Origin: Nitrospirota bacterium
Lineage (GTDB): Bacteria > Nitrospirota > Thermodesulfovibrionia > Thermodesulfovibrionales > UBA9159
Assembly: GCA_021790195.1 (NCBI GenBank)
Contig: JAJYIF010000005.1
Coordinates: 72,870-136,869 of the forward strand
DNA length: 64,000 nucleotides
Direction of reading: 5' to 3'
Positions 9,654 through 18,834 of the stretch are shown here, piece after piece. Numbering within the stretch: position 1 is the first letter of the stretch; every line of letters begins with the position of its first letter. Under the pieces are notes generated by a model. That model saw only the letters and a list, made by a program, of their open reading frames with translations, made no database searches and was not told the DNA's origin. A program made the translations under genes and the position numbers.

Positions 9654-11126
9654 TCATGCGGAAGGAAGGAACTGCCGGTCCTTAGGAGCAGGCGAGGGAT
9701 GTTTTTCCACAAACCTGCTGACCTCCTCCGTGATGGCCCTTACCATCTCCGCGGTGCAGAGAAAATAATCGTCGTCGGCCTTTTTGAAGATGCAGGCATC
9801 GCCCAGGTATCTCTTATCGGTGTCGAAGATGGGGAAAGAGAGCATCATCGAATCACTCCGCGCCTCGCCGTCGCTGAAAACGTAGGCCGGGTTTTTGACC
9901 GAGGGGATATCGAGATAGATCTCGACATAGCTGAATCCGTATTCCTTCACAAGCTCCGATAGGCGCGCCCACAGATCGTCGATGGTATCGCTCCTTGCCG
10001 CCTCCTGTCTGAACCGAGCGATAACGTAATTGAAGTATTTTCTCTTCCGGTTGACGGCGTGGCTTCTGAACAGGTCCTTCATAAACGGCATGAACTTTAT
10101 ATACCCGAGCAGCCGGAGACCGAAGACCGCTGCTCCCACAATCAGGACGAGGCCCAGGATGTCCATGCTCGTCTTCTTCCCGATAAGCAGAAGGGCGCCA
10201 AGCATGACGGCAATGTTGACGGAATAAAGGACCATCAGGACCTTCTTCTTCGACAGTCCCTTTTCGAGGAGCTTATGATGGATGTGCTCCTTGTCCGCCC
10301 CGCCGAGAGGCATGCCCCTGTAATATCTTCTCAGCACCGCATAGAACATGTCCGTCAGCGGCAGTCCGAAGGCGATGATGGGGATCATTACGGTGGCAAA
10401 CGTGGTCGCCTTATATGACGAGAGGATCGAGGTCGCCCCGAGCAGGAAGCCCAGGAAAAGGCTTCCCGAGTCTCCCATGAAGATCGAGGCGGGCGGAAAA
10501 TTATATCTAAGAAAACCTGCCAAGCTCCCGGCAAGGATCACATAGGCCAGCTGCAAATGGAAATCGCTGCCCGCGAGCACAAAGAACGTTACGGATATGA
10601 AAATGCCCGTGCCGGCGGCAAGTCCGTCAAGGCCGTCGATGAGGTTGATCCCGTTCGTGATGATGATGATCCACAGAACGGTAGCTGGCAGGCTCAGCCA
10701 GCCTAGCGTATAGGGGCCGCCCCCGAAAGGGTTAGTGATGACATCGATGCGGATTCCCCACGCATAGATGATCCCCGCGGCAGCCACCTCGGCAAGCAGT
10801 TTGTTTCGGACGCCCGCGCCCCTGAGGTCGTCGTATATGCCGATGAAAAGCACAATCGCAGAAGCAATAAGCACCCCGAGCATGCTGCCGTGAAACGAAT
10901 CCCAATCGCCCCTTGTCAGAGAGAAGCCGAAAGGGACCGCAAAGGCCAGGAATATCGCGATCCCCCCGAGCCTCGGTACCACACCAGTGTGGGTCCTCCG
11001 GCCTTCGCCCCTGTCGACCGCTCCGAGCTTAAAGCCGAGTGTACGCATCGCCGGCGTCAGGACCAACGCAAGGACAAGGGCCGCTGCGAAATAGGAGATG
11101 AAATAATAAATAAGTCTGACCGTCAT
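9654..11126 (-). CDS. polyprenyl-phosphate N-acetylhexosamine-1-phosphate transferase (MraY/WecA family) with a long C-terminal extension
   Basis: 490 aa and polytopic. NLIDGLDGLA and MGDSGSLFLG motifs of the WecA/MraY family. About 165 soluble residues follow the last membrane segment. Confidence 0.85.
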   Translation of the reverse strand: MTVRLIYYFISYFAAALVLALVLTPAMRTLGFKLGAVDRGEGRRTHTGVVPRLGGIAIFLAFAVPFGFSLTRGDWDSFHGSMLGVLIASAIVLFIGIYDDLRGAGVRNKLLAEVAAAGIIYAWGIRIDVITNPFGGGPYTLGWLSLPATVLWIIIITNGINLIDGLDGLAAGTGIFISVTFFVLAGSDFHLQLAYVILAGSLAGFLRYNFPPASIFMGDSGSLFLGFLLGATSILSSYKATTFATVMIPIIAFGLPLTDMFYAVLRRYYRGMPLGGADKEHIHHKLLEKGLSKKKVLMVLYSVNIAVMLGALLLIGKKTSMDILGLVLIVGAAVFGLRLLGYIKFMPFMKDLFRSHAVNRKRKYFNYVIARFRQEAARSDTIDDLWARLSELVKEYGFSYVEIYLDIPSVKNPAYVFSDGEARSDSMMLSFPIFDTDKRYLGDACIFKKADDDYFLCTAEMVRAITEEVSRFVEKHPSPAPKDRQFLPSA

Positions 11127-11154
11127 ATTCGATACCGGGCCCGCGACGCCTGAA

Positions 11155-12300
11155 TCACCCCCTCCAGCACTTCAGCTGCCATATAATGTACCTCGAATAA
11201 TTGAGCGGAAGTCTCCAGAGACGACTATCGCCGTAACGTACGCTTATGGCGCGGCAGGACGGCAGCAGCGCCCCGAAAGATCGAAACACAGTGGATGGTC
11301 TGTCGAGCACAAAACGCTTGACGATCTTATCGATTGAAGACCCTTTGTGAGCGTTTCCCGTTATGTCCATGCTGAAACACGATGAGAAGAACCTTGGTGA
11401 TCTGTGGCCTTTCTTTTCGATCTCCCGGACGAGAGCATCCGCCGCTGCAATCACGTCCGGGACCCCGCTCCAGAGACTCCTTATCTGAGCGAGTGTAATT
11501 TGGGAGATCTTTATAAGCCCAACTCTTTCGAGTCTCGAAACAAGCGAGCGCCGGTCGATCACTGCCCCGTATCTCCACATGGTCCAGAGGATATCGAGGA
11601 GTGTCTTCAGCTCCCGGAAGGAATGTGAGTGATGGTGCACCAGCAGCAAGATCAATTGGAGCTCAGGAGAGAGTTTGTAGTTTCCCTCGCTGTCTGTAAG
11701 GACCTCTTCCCATATCTGGGCCGAGGTTAGCCCGAAAAAAGAAGGGACCCCGAAAAGCCAGTGCAGTTCAAGGGGTATGGTCCCATGCGTCTTGTAAAAG
11801 GTCGCGTGGTGGATGGAGACAAAGCGGTATTCCAGGGGCACATCCGTCTCACAGGAATAGCCTGCTTTTGAAAGGACCTCAGCAGCCCTGAACACGTCCG
11901 ACTGCCGGACCAGGATGTCCACGTCTTCCGAAAGCCTGCAATTCCTGTCCTCATAGATGTCTCGGGCAATCGCGTTACCCTTCATCACTATCGCAGGCAT
12001 GCCTTCCTTCCTCAAAAGGGACAGGACCTCCTTTTCGAGGGCTTCCTGCCTCATCGAAAAGACGGAGCTTTGCAAAAAATAAGGTTTTACGTCTTCGATG
12101 AATTTTCGGACATGACCTGTCCGGTTCGCAGGACCGTTCAGGAGCTGCGTATACAGGAGCGGCAGCACGCCGTTCTTAAGGGCCAAATCCTTAAGCGCCG
12201 GCAGATCCTCCGGGCCGGGCACGGGGCATACTGACCGACCTATCGGCGAAAGGATAGTTGTAAAAAGCCTCCAGAGACGGTCATCTTCCATAGTGTGCAT
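11155..12300 (-). CDS. uncharacterised nucleotidyltransferase family protein (NTP_transf_5-like)
   Basis: 381 aa. The pattern AIVMKGNAIARDIYEDRNCRLSEDVDILVRQSDVFRAAEVLSKAGY ... LELHW matches that family as I recall it. Confidence 0.6.
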   Translation of the reverse strand: MHTMEDDRLWRLFTTILSPIGRSVCPVPGPEDLPALKDLALKNGVLPLLYTQLLNGPANRTGHVRKFIEDVKPYFLQSSVFSMRQEALEKEVLSLLRKEGMPAIVMKGNAIARDIYEDRNCRLSEDVDILVRQSDVFRAAEVLSKAGYSCETDVPLEYRFVSIHHATFYKTHGTIPLELHWLFGVPSFFGLTSAQIWEEVLTDSEGNYKLSPELQLILLLVHHHSHSFRELKTLLDILWTMWRYGAVIDRRSLVSRLERVGLIKISQITLAQIRSLWSGVPDVIAAADALVREIEKKGHRSPRFFSSCFSMDITGNAHKGSSIDKIVKRFVLDRPSTVFRSFGALLPSCRAISVRYGDSRLWRLPLNYSRYIIWQLKCWRG

Positions 12301-12336
12301 TATCCTCTCACAAAGGAAAGGAGCTCATGTGAAGAT

Positions 12337-13320
12337 TTACTTCTCCGGCTTCTTCACCTGTTCTTCAATCCATTTATATGTGATCTTCAGCCCGGTTTCG
12401 AGAGGCTGGGAAGGGGCCCAGCCGAGTTTCTGGCGTATCAGGCGGCTATCGGAGTTCCTTCCTCGAACTCCAAGTGGACCGGGTATATGTTTGATCGAGA
12501 CCTTCTTCCCGGAGATGCGCATTATGAGCTCAGCCAGCTGATTGATAGACACCATCTCTTCGGAGCCGATGTTGACCGGTCCCATGAAATCCGACCTCGT
12601 AAGTCTGAGCGTCGCCTCCAGGCATTCGCTTATATAAAGAAAGGACCTAGTCTGTCTTCCGTCGCCCCACATCTCGATCTCTCCGCCGTCCCGGGCCTCG
12701 GCGACCTTGCGGCAAAGGGCCGCGGGCGACTTCTCCCTGCCACCCCGCCATGTCCCCTCCTCCCCGAAGATATTATGGTAGCGCGCAATGTGGACGTTCA
12801 TTCCGTAATTCCTCGCGTAGGCCATATAGAGCCGCTCGCTGAAAAGCTTCTCCCAGCCGTAATCGCTGTCAGGAGCGGCCGGATATGCCGAATCCTCGGC
12901 GCAGTTGGGGTTGTCCGGGTCCTTCTGGTTGTATTCGGGATAGATGCAGGCTGAGGAGGAATAGAATATCCTCTCCACCTTTGCGGTCCTGCAGGCTTCA
13001 AGCATGTTCAGGTTGATCATCGCTGAGTTGTGCATGATCGCAGCGTCGTTTTCCCCTGTAAAGACAAACCCCGCCCCTCCCATGTCCGCGGCGAACTGAT
13101 AGACCTCGTCGAACGGCCTGTCAGCGACCTTTTCGCACAACCTTGGGTCTCTCAGGTCGCCGATTATAAAATCATCTGCAGCAGAAGCGCCGAACTCCGG
13201 ATACTTCAGGTCGACCCCGCGCACGCGAAAACCTTCCTTCTTCAGTCTCTTCACCATGTGCGACCCGATGAAACCCCCTGCCCCGCAGACTAATGCATCT
13301 TTCTGTTCAGTCATATACAC
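12337..13320 (-). CDS. GDP-mannose 3,5-epimerase-like SDR
   Basis: 327 aa. Four segments closely resemble plant GME as I remember it: GAGGFIGSH, SSSACIYPEYNQ, GTWRGGREKSPAALCRK, and WGDGRQTRSF ... RLTRSDFMGPVNIGSEEMVSINQ ... HIPGPLGVRGRNSDSRLIRQKLGWAP. Confidence 0.82.
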   Translation of the reverse strand: MYMTEQKDALVCGAGGFIGSHMVKRLKKEGFRVRGVDLKYPEFGASAADDFIIGDLRDPRLCEKVADRPFDEVYQFAADMGGAGFVFTGENDAAIMHNSAMINLNMLEACRTAKVERIFYSSSACIYPEYNQKDPDNPNCAEDSAYPAAPDSDYGWEKLFSERLYMAYARNYGMNVHIARYHNIFGEEGTWRGGREKSPAALCRKVAEARDGGEIEMWGDGRQTRSFLYISECLEATLRLTRSDFMGPVNIGSEEMVSINQLAELIMRISGKKVSIKHIPGPLGVRGRNSDSRLIRQKLGWAPSQPLETGLKITYKWIEEQVKKPEK

Positions 13321-13354
13321 TCCTTCATTGTATTAATCTTTATTTGTATGAAAA

Positions 13355-13505
13355 AAGTCTTTTCTCGCGCCAAGCCGCCAAGCACGCAAAGTAAAAAAAT
13401 AATTCATTGATAATGTTTTCAATTCCTTGCTCTTCTTAGCGCCTTTGCGCCTTTGCGTGAGAATAAGTCTTTGTCTCGCGCCAAGACGCCAAGCACGCAA
13501 AGTAA
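13355..13505. repeat. two ~40-bp direct repeats (13355-13394 and 13465-13505) plus the inverted-type partner cttagcgcctttgcgcctttgcgtgagaa (13435-13463)
   Basis: Read directly: aagtcttttctcgcgccaagccgccaagcacgcaaagtaa versus aagtctttgtctcgcgccaagacgccaagcacgcaaagtaa. This accounts for the 64-aa track ORF at 13333-13527. Confidence 0.85.
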
Positions 13506-13516
13506 CATACTGTCTC

Positions 13517-13903
13517 TTATAATCCATTCACAACCCGCTCGATACCGTCTTTGATAAGATTCGCATTAAAATTAATAAGCAGCCCAAGCTTCTTTTCCGT
13601 CAGCCTGAGATAAGTCATTAATTGCTTTTTATGAACAGGCAAAACCTTTTCCACTGCTTTCAGTTCCACAATCACTGAGTCTTCCACGATCAAATCCGCA
13701 CGGAAACCCAGGTCGAGCTTGACATCTTCATAGCGAACAGGTATCCCCACTTCCTTCTCGCACTTCATGCCGGATCTTTTCAACTCGCACATAAGAACTT
13801 CAAGGTAGACCGATTCCAATAATCCCGGCCCGAGCGTTGTATGAATTTTATAACAACAATCCACTATTATCTTCGATATCTGGTTTTCGTTCCTATTATT
13901 CAT
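13517..13903 (-). CDS. GxxExxY protein (PD-(D/E)XK-like fold family)
   Basis: 128 aa. The sequence IVDCCYKIHTTLGPGLLESVYLEVLMCEL ... DLIVEDSVIVELKAV carries the eponymous GxxExxY motif (GLLESVY). Confidence 0.85.
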   Translation of the reverse strand: MNNRNENQISKIIVDCCYKIHTTLGPGLLESVYLEVLMCELKRSGMKCEKEVGIPVRYEDVKLDLGFRADLIVEDSVIVELKAVEKVLPVHKKQLMTYLRLTEKKLGLLINFNANLIKDGIERVVNGL

Positions 13904-13910
13904 TTTTGGT

Positions 13911-13964
13911 CTTTCTTAGCGACTTTGCGTGAAAAGAATCCTTTTTTGTCCTTTGCATGAGAAT
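13911..13964. repeat. upstream copy of the ttagcgNctttgcgtga repeat flanking the GxxExxY gene
   Basis: ctttcttagcgactttgcgtgaaaagaa (13911-13938) and cctttgcatgagaat (13950-13964) match tcttcttagcgcctttgcgcctttgcgtgagaa at 13431-13463, in the same orientation. Confidence 0.75.
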
Positions 13965-13968
13965 GCCT

Positions 13969-15318
13969 TTACCACCCGATCTTCACCTTCTTAATCAGGT
14001 TATATTCCTGATCAAGGGCGCCGAGATAGGTAATTATCGGGAGCATGACCATAAAATCCACACCGAACAGCGGACCCGACACCTCGGTGATACCTCTGAT
14101 TGTGAAGAACGCAAGAATGCCTCCGGCCTGGATAAGAAACACTTTATGCTTCCGGTCAAATTGACCGCTCTTTTTCAGGGCAAGGAAGAACAGGAGCCAG
14201 CTCCAGATTAATCCGATCACAAAGACCACTCCTCCTGCAAATCCCGCAGTCATCAAAACGTAGAGATAGGTGTCGTGGACATGCTCTTCGATAAGGAACC
14301 TGTCTGCCTGAAATCCCCTTCCAACTATGGGAGCGTCGAGAATCTTTTGCCAGCCGTGCTTCCATACTATAGTCCTTCCCGTCATTGAATAGAATTCTTC
14401 AGTAGTCTGCCCCCGCCTCATATAAGCCGACACCGATTTGGACCACTCTCCCGGTATTGAATCGCTCAAAAGCATGGCCCCAAAAACCACTAATAAAAAT
14501 AAAGCGATAATTCTCTTCTTGCCCCCCAAGAAAAGCATCTCGAAGGCAATGACAAAACAAAAACCAATTACAGCGCCTCTGGACTGCATAAAGTAAACGA
14601 TCCATCCGAAAAAGAGCATAGGAATAAGCCACAGGAACCTCTTCCAGCCCTTGCCGAACCAAATGAATACAAATGAAAGCACGCCGGGGACAGCGGCGAA
14701 GCGTGCAATCCCGGAGGAACGCGACATGGGCATCTCTCCGATTGTCGGCATCGCGCCGATTATTCCATAGCCCGTGCCACCCGACCGCGCTTCCTGATAA
14801 AGGACATCCTTAGCAAAAAATACCATGATAAGAAGGAAAATAGTCACGGTCACCAAACTCAATAGATTCAAATACACTGCGCTTTCGACCGCATTGTCCT
14901 TGTCCATATGTATCTTTATAACGGCGAAAGCCGCTAAATAGGCGCCCGCCCAGTACGCAGCCTCGAAGGGGTCCGGAGATAGCAAAGATGCAAACAGACC
15001 TATCAATCCGTAATAGAGCCAGAACCTTACGTTACCGGGCAGTTTAGCACGGCTACGACCCACTATCATGAGAAAAACCGAGAACACCAGTACCAGCTGT
15101 GGGAACAGAGTACGGATCCAGTGCAGCCACTCGACGGTGTTATCAGGTTTCGACTCAAGTACCCACGGACCGGTGTTGATAGAGCCCCATAGCATTACCC
15201 AGAAGATAGCCGAGGAGGAGATAAGCTCTTTGAGCCTGATCTTCCACTTTATTTCTGATGCCGTGATTCCTTCGGACATAGAGATTTCTCTTGCGAGTGG
15301 CATACTATTCAGGGGCAT
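13969..15318 (-). CDS. O-antigen polymerase/ligase family membrane protein (Wzy-like)
   Basis: 449 aa with about 10-12 hydrophobic segments and a large loop. It sits among glycosyltransferases alongside wzx. Confidence 0.7.
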   Translation of the reverse strand: MPLNSMPLAREISMSEGITASEIKWKIRLKELISSSAIFWVMLWGSINTGPWVLESKPDNTVEWLHWIRTLFPQLVLVFSVFLMIVGRSRAKLPGNVRFWLYYGLIGLFASLLSPDPFEAAYWAGAYLAAFAVIKIHMDKDNAVESAVYLNLLSLVTVTIFLLIMVFFAKDVLYQEARSGGTGYGIIGAMPTIGEMPMSRSSGIARFAAVPGVLSFVFIWFGKGWKRFLWLIPMLFFGWIVYFMQSRGAVIGFCFVIAFEMLFLGGKKRIIALFLLVVFGAMLLSDSIPGEWSKSVSAYMRRGQTTEEFYSMTGRTIVWKHGWQKILDAPIVGRGFQADRFLIEEHVHDTYLYVLMTAGFAGGVVFVIGLIWSWLLFFLALKKSGQFDRKHKVFLIQAGGILAFFTIRGITEVSGPLFGVDFMVMLPIITYLGALDQEYNLIKKVKIGW

Positions 15319-15390
15319 TATCTATATATTATTTTACCCGGTTTAGATCTGCAAAAAACACTGTCGTCTAACAGACAAAGGTTCCGTCAT

Positions 15391-16677
15391 CTACTTCACA
15401 GAAAGAGCTTCCTGATACTTCGAAACAGCTTTCTCGTATATCATATCAACCAGTTCCGCTTTCTTCTCCCACGAAAAATCCAAAATCCTTTGCAAAGCTC
15501 CTTTTGCCAAATGTCGCCGTTTCTCTTCATTGTCTGCCAACTTTTTGATAGCAATTGCCAGATCATGCTCAAACTGGCGCGGGCTTTTTAGCGGAACTCT
15601 GATACCACACTCTTCCGTAACGACATTCGAAAAACCGCAGTGATCCGGGCAAATGACAGGAACGCCCTGCGACAATGCTTCAAGGAGGACCGTAGAAGTG
15701 AGGTCCTTGAGGCTCGTTATGACAAAAATGTGCGACCTATGAACTATCTCAATGGCTTCGCTTCTTTCCACCCTGCCATGCCACCGACATTCCTCGTGAA
15801 TGCCAAGTCTACTGGCAAGTCTTTGCCATCTCCGTGTGCATGGTCCTTCACCGAGAATGTCTAGCTGCCATATGACATCTTCGGGCAATCCTTTGAGGGC
15901 TCGCAACAAGAGCGGCAGGGCTTTTCCTGGAAGATGCTGCCCGCTCCATGAAAGTTTGAGCGGCTCTCCAGCCGCCCGAACGGAATACTTCTCGGCAATA
16001 GCCGATGGCGGACCGATCTCACAGATTACCTCGCCCTCCTCTCCATACCAACTCCTTATTTCCTTCCTAATGCCCTCCGTGGCTGCGATGACTCCGCCCC
16101 TCGCTTTCCGGAATGCCAGTTTTGGACCGGAAAGGAACCTCTTGTGAAAAGAGTTAATGACATTGCGTCCTGCATAATAGATGCATCCACTCAGACCGAG
16201 TCCTGGCAGGAATTTCCAAGGAGTGTTTTCCAAACCGCCGATCGGCCCCCACACAAATGGAATGTTCAGCTTCCATAGATGTCCGGGAAACCTGAATCCG
16301 ACATACGTCAACTGATGCGCCAGATCGAATTTATTCTCCACATGCAGTCTATTGGCAAGCTTATAAGCGTCTCTCTGCCATGCTCTGTATGCATAATTCA
16401 TTACCGGCTTAAGTACAGAACTTTCAATGAATGCCCAGCCCCTCGTAGGAGCATAATGCCACGGTCTGTGAGGCACGTAGAAGAATTTGATATGACCTGA
16501 GAGGCGCGGCTCTTCAGAAAGTGCCTTTTCAATGTCAGTTCTATGGAATTCAGCGGTAATAATAAACAGGTCATGATACTCCGAGATGGCCCTTACCCAG
16601 CCCCAGCCTACTCCCTCTTCCGACCCTCTAAAAGGATTGCACGCATAAGCGCAGACAAGTACTTTCAGTCTTTCCAT
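15391..16677 (-). CDS. glycosyltransferase family 4 (GT-B)
   Basis: 428 aa. N-terminus KVLVCAYACNPFRGSEEGVGWGW and C-terminal EALSQGVPVICPD (E-x7-E-like region). Confidence 0.8.
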   Translation of the reverse strand: MERLKVLVCAYACNPFRGSEEGVGWGWVRAISEYHDLFIITAEFHRTDIEKALSEEPRLSGHIKFFYVPHRPWHYAPTRGWAFIESSVLKPVMNYAYRAWQRDAYKLANRLHVENKFDLAHQLTYVGFRFPGHLWKLNIPFVWGPIGGLENTPWKFLPGLGLSGCIYYAGRNVINSFHKRFLSGPKLAFRKARGGVIAATEGIRKEIRSWYGEEGEVICEIGPPSAIAEKYSVRAAGEPLKLSWSGQHLPGKALPLLLRALKGLPEDVIWQLDILGEGPCTRRWQRLASRLGIHEECRWHGRVERSEAIEIVHRSHIFVITSLKDLTSTVLLEALSQGVPVICPDHCGFSNVVTEECGIRVPLKSPRQFEHDLAIAIKKLADNEEKRRHLAKGALQRILDFSWEKKAELVDMIYEKAVSKYQEALSVK

Positions 16678-16705
16678 TTGTCATAACGGGGATACTGCGT
16701 TATAC

Positions 16706-17635
16706 TCAGTACCATAATCTTGCTATCCGATTGTGTCTTTTTCTAATTATTTCCAACAAGTTCTTCACGTTCAGCGATACCGCCTTGAAATATAACAAGA
16801 TATTCCCCAGAAACTTCCTCTGAAGTTTAAACCCTAACGCTGCATCACTACTTTTTTCAAAGACACAAGAGAAGAAGTTCAATGCCAGCTTCGGCATCAA
16901 AAGAAAGAATGGGTCATTCAACAATTTCAACCGTATCGAATTCTTATAAAGATTCAGAAGAAATTCCTCTGAGGGAATTCTATTCATAGAACCGGACCAG
17001 TAATGAATAACTTTTAGCGCAGGTATGACTTTTACTCTGAAACCGGCCTTTTTGGCTCGCAAGCAGTAGTCGGCCTCCTCGTGAAGAAACGGAGAAAAAC
17101 CTTCGTCGAGCAGACCGATTCTGTCTATTACTGCTTTCTTTATAAGAAATACTGAACCCATAATACAATCAACCTCGTAAGGGGAAGATGACTCTTGCTT
17201 TATAAACTCCCATGATAACAGTGTGATTCTTGTACCCAGGTGTTGCGTCCTGCCGTCAGGAAATACTATTTTGCAGCCCAATATGCCTGCCTCTTTGTCA
17301 TTTTCCGCCGCGTCAATGAACCCATTCAGGAAAGTTTTATCCACAATTTTAGTGTCATTATTGAGGAGCAATATATACTCAGGATTATAATTCTCTAAGG
17401 CGTACTTAATTCCCAAGTTGTTTCCCTTTGCAAAACCATAATTCCTGTCCAGCAGACATAACTTGACATTAGAAAAAGTTTCTTTGACGAATTTCACTGA
17501 ATCGTCTGTAGACCCATTATCTACCAGTATTACTGTATGTCCGTTATACGTCTGGCCCAGCAATGACTCCAAACAATCTTTCAAAAAAATCTTGCCGTTC
17601 CAATTAACTATTACTATCGAAACAGAAACATTCAT
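16706..17635 (-). CDS. glycosyltransferase family 2
   Basis: 309 aa. VSIVIVNWNGKIFLKDCLESLLGQTY, DNGSTDDS and LLLNNDT (DxD-type) motifs. Confidence 0.88.
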   Translation of the reverse strand: MNVSVSIVIVNWNGKIFLKDCLESLLGQTYNGHTVILVDNGSTDDSVKFVKETFSNVKLCLLDRNYGFAKGNNLGIKYALENYNPEYILLLNNDTKIVDKTFLNGFIDAAENDKEAGILGCKIVFPDGRTQHLGTRITLLSWEFIKQESSSPYEVDCIMGSVFLIKKAVIDRIGLLDEGFSPFLHEEADYCLRAKKAGFRVKVIPALKVIHYWSGSMNRIPSEEFLLNLYKNSIRLKLLNDPFFLLMPKLALNFFSCVFEKSSDAALGFKLQRKFLGNILLYFKAVSLNVKNLLEIIRKRHNRIARLWY

Positions 17636-17680
17636 CTAACGATTCATCCAGTGAAAAAACGATTTCAGGTCTCTTACGAT

Positions 17681-18802
17681 TCATCGAATCGCCGTACTCC
17701 TATTGAATTCTTTCATAATGGTTTCCCAAGAATAATGCCTCCTGACCATCTTTTGACCCTTGTCACCTATCGAGCTCGCGTGCTCTCGATCGCTAAGTAA
17801 ACTCAGTATATATGAAGCAAAGTTGCCTTCCTGATCGGCGATCAATATATTCTTTCCGTTGGTGACATTAAGACCCTCGGCACCCTTGCCCGTGGACATT
17901 ACAGGCAACCCTGCTGCCATATATTCAAGAATCTTGAGTCTTGTTCCAGATCCTGAAAAAATCGGCGCTACTCCGATGCGACACGCTCTTACGAAGGCCG
18001 GCACCTTTGCATAAGGCACACAGCCTGGATTCACCAACCAGGATTCTTTATATGGCACATCTCCGCCAATTATCACTAACTGGGCATTCTTGCACTTCTC
18101 CAAGACTTTTGACATAACATCTTTAAGAAGAAAATCTATGGCCTCGCGGTTCGGTTTATAACTGTAAGAACCCATAAACAGAATTGCACTGTCCCCAATC
18201 CCGTATTCCGACTTCAACGCTGCAATCTCCTCTTCAGCCACCCGATCGAACATCTCGCAATCTACACCGTTGGGCAACAGCTCAGGCCTAACACCGTACA
18301 ATTGTTCAAACTGACTACTGTCTACCTCGGACACGGCAAACGAAAGATCCGCTTCTTTAAGAAGCCTCTTTTCTGCCCAAAAGGTCAAGCCCGTAATTAT
18401 TTTTCCATGTTTTTCTTTTCTGAGATAATACTCCACGTTATGAGAGTGATAGATTATTCGCGCATGTGGAAAGCTCCTCCTGATTTTGCGAAGAAGAAGC
18501 AAATGATACATCACCCACGAAGCCCCTTCCAAAACAACTACGTCCGGTGATATATTTCTTAGCTGGTCAACGATTCTCTCGATCCTAGCAAAAAGCCCTT
18601 TTATCTTTTGGAATTTGCTATCAGAAGCACCAGCTAATGTAATCACAGTAACCCCGTCCCTTGTGAATTCCCGCCGATCTTTCGTGCCAAGTTGAATCAG
18701 AATACGGTCTCCCGAAGCGTACTTTGTAACGTTGAAGGTCACAGAAGCAGCACCGCTGGCTGGAGGGTAAGCCTCATAAAAACATATAAATACCACTCTC
18801 AC
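17681..18802 (-). CDS. glycosyltransferase family 4
   Basis: 373 aa. GT-B pattern with C-terminal GSGTRLKILEYMAAGLPVMST. Confidence 0.8.
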   Translation of the reverse strand: MRVVFICFYEAYPPASGAASVTFNVTKYASGDRILIQLGTKDRREFTRDGVTVITLAGASDSKFQKIKGLFARIERIVDQLRNISPDVVVLEGASWVMYHLLLLRKIRRSFPHARIIYHSHNVEYYLRKEKHGKIITGLTFWAEKRLLKEADLSFAVSEVDSSQFEQLYGVRPELLPNGVDCEMFDRVAEEEIAALKSEYGIGDSAILFMGSYSYKPNREAIDFLLKDVMSKVLEKCKNAQLVIIGGDVPYKESWLVNPGCVPYAKVPAFVRACRIGVAPIFSGSGTRLKILEYMAAGLPVMSTGKGAEGLNVTNGKNILIADQEGNFASYILSLLSDREHASSIGDKGQKMVRRHYSWETIMKEFNRSTAIR

Positions 18803-18834
18803 TTATAACCGTGCAGCCAGATACTTTGACGCGT

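Noticed and set aside
13333-13527. 64-aa ORF with internally repeated LRAWRLGAR peptides
   Set aside because: The repeated peptide is just the translation of the two 40-bp direct DNA repeats flanking the GxxExxY gene. There is no independent coding evidence.
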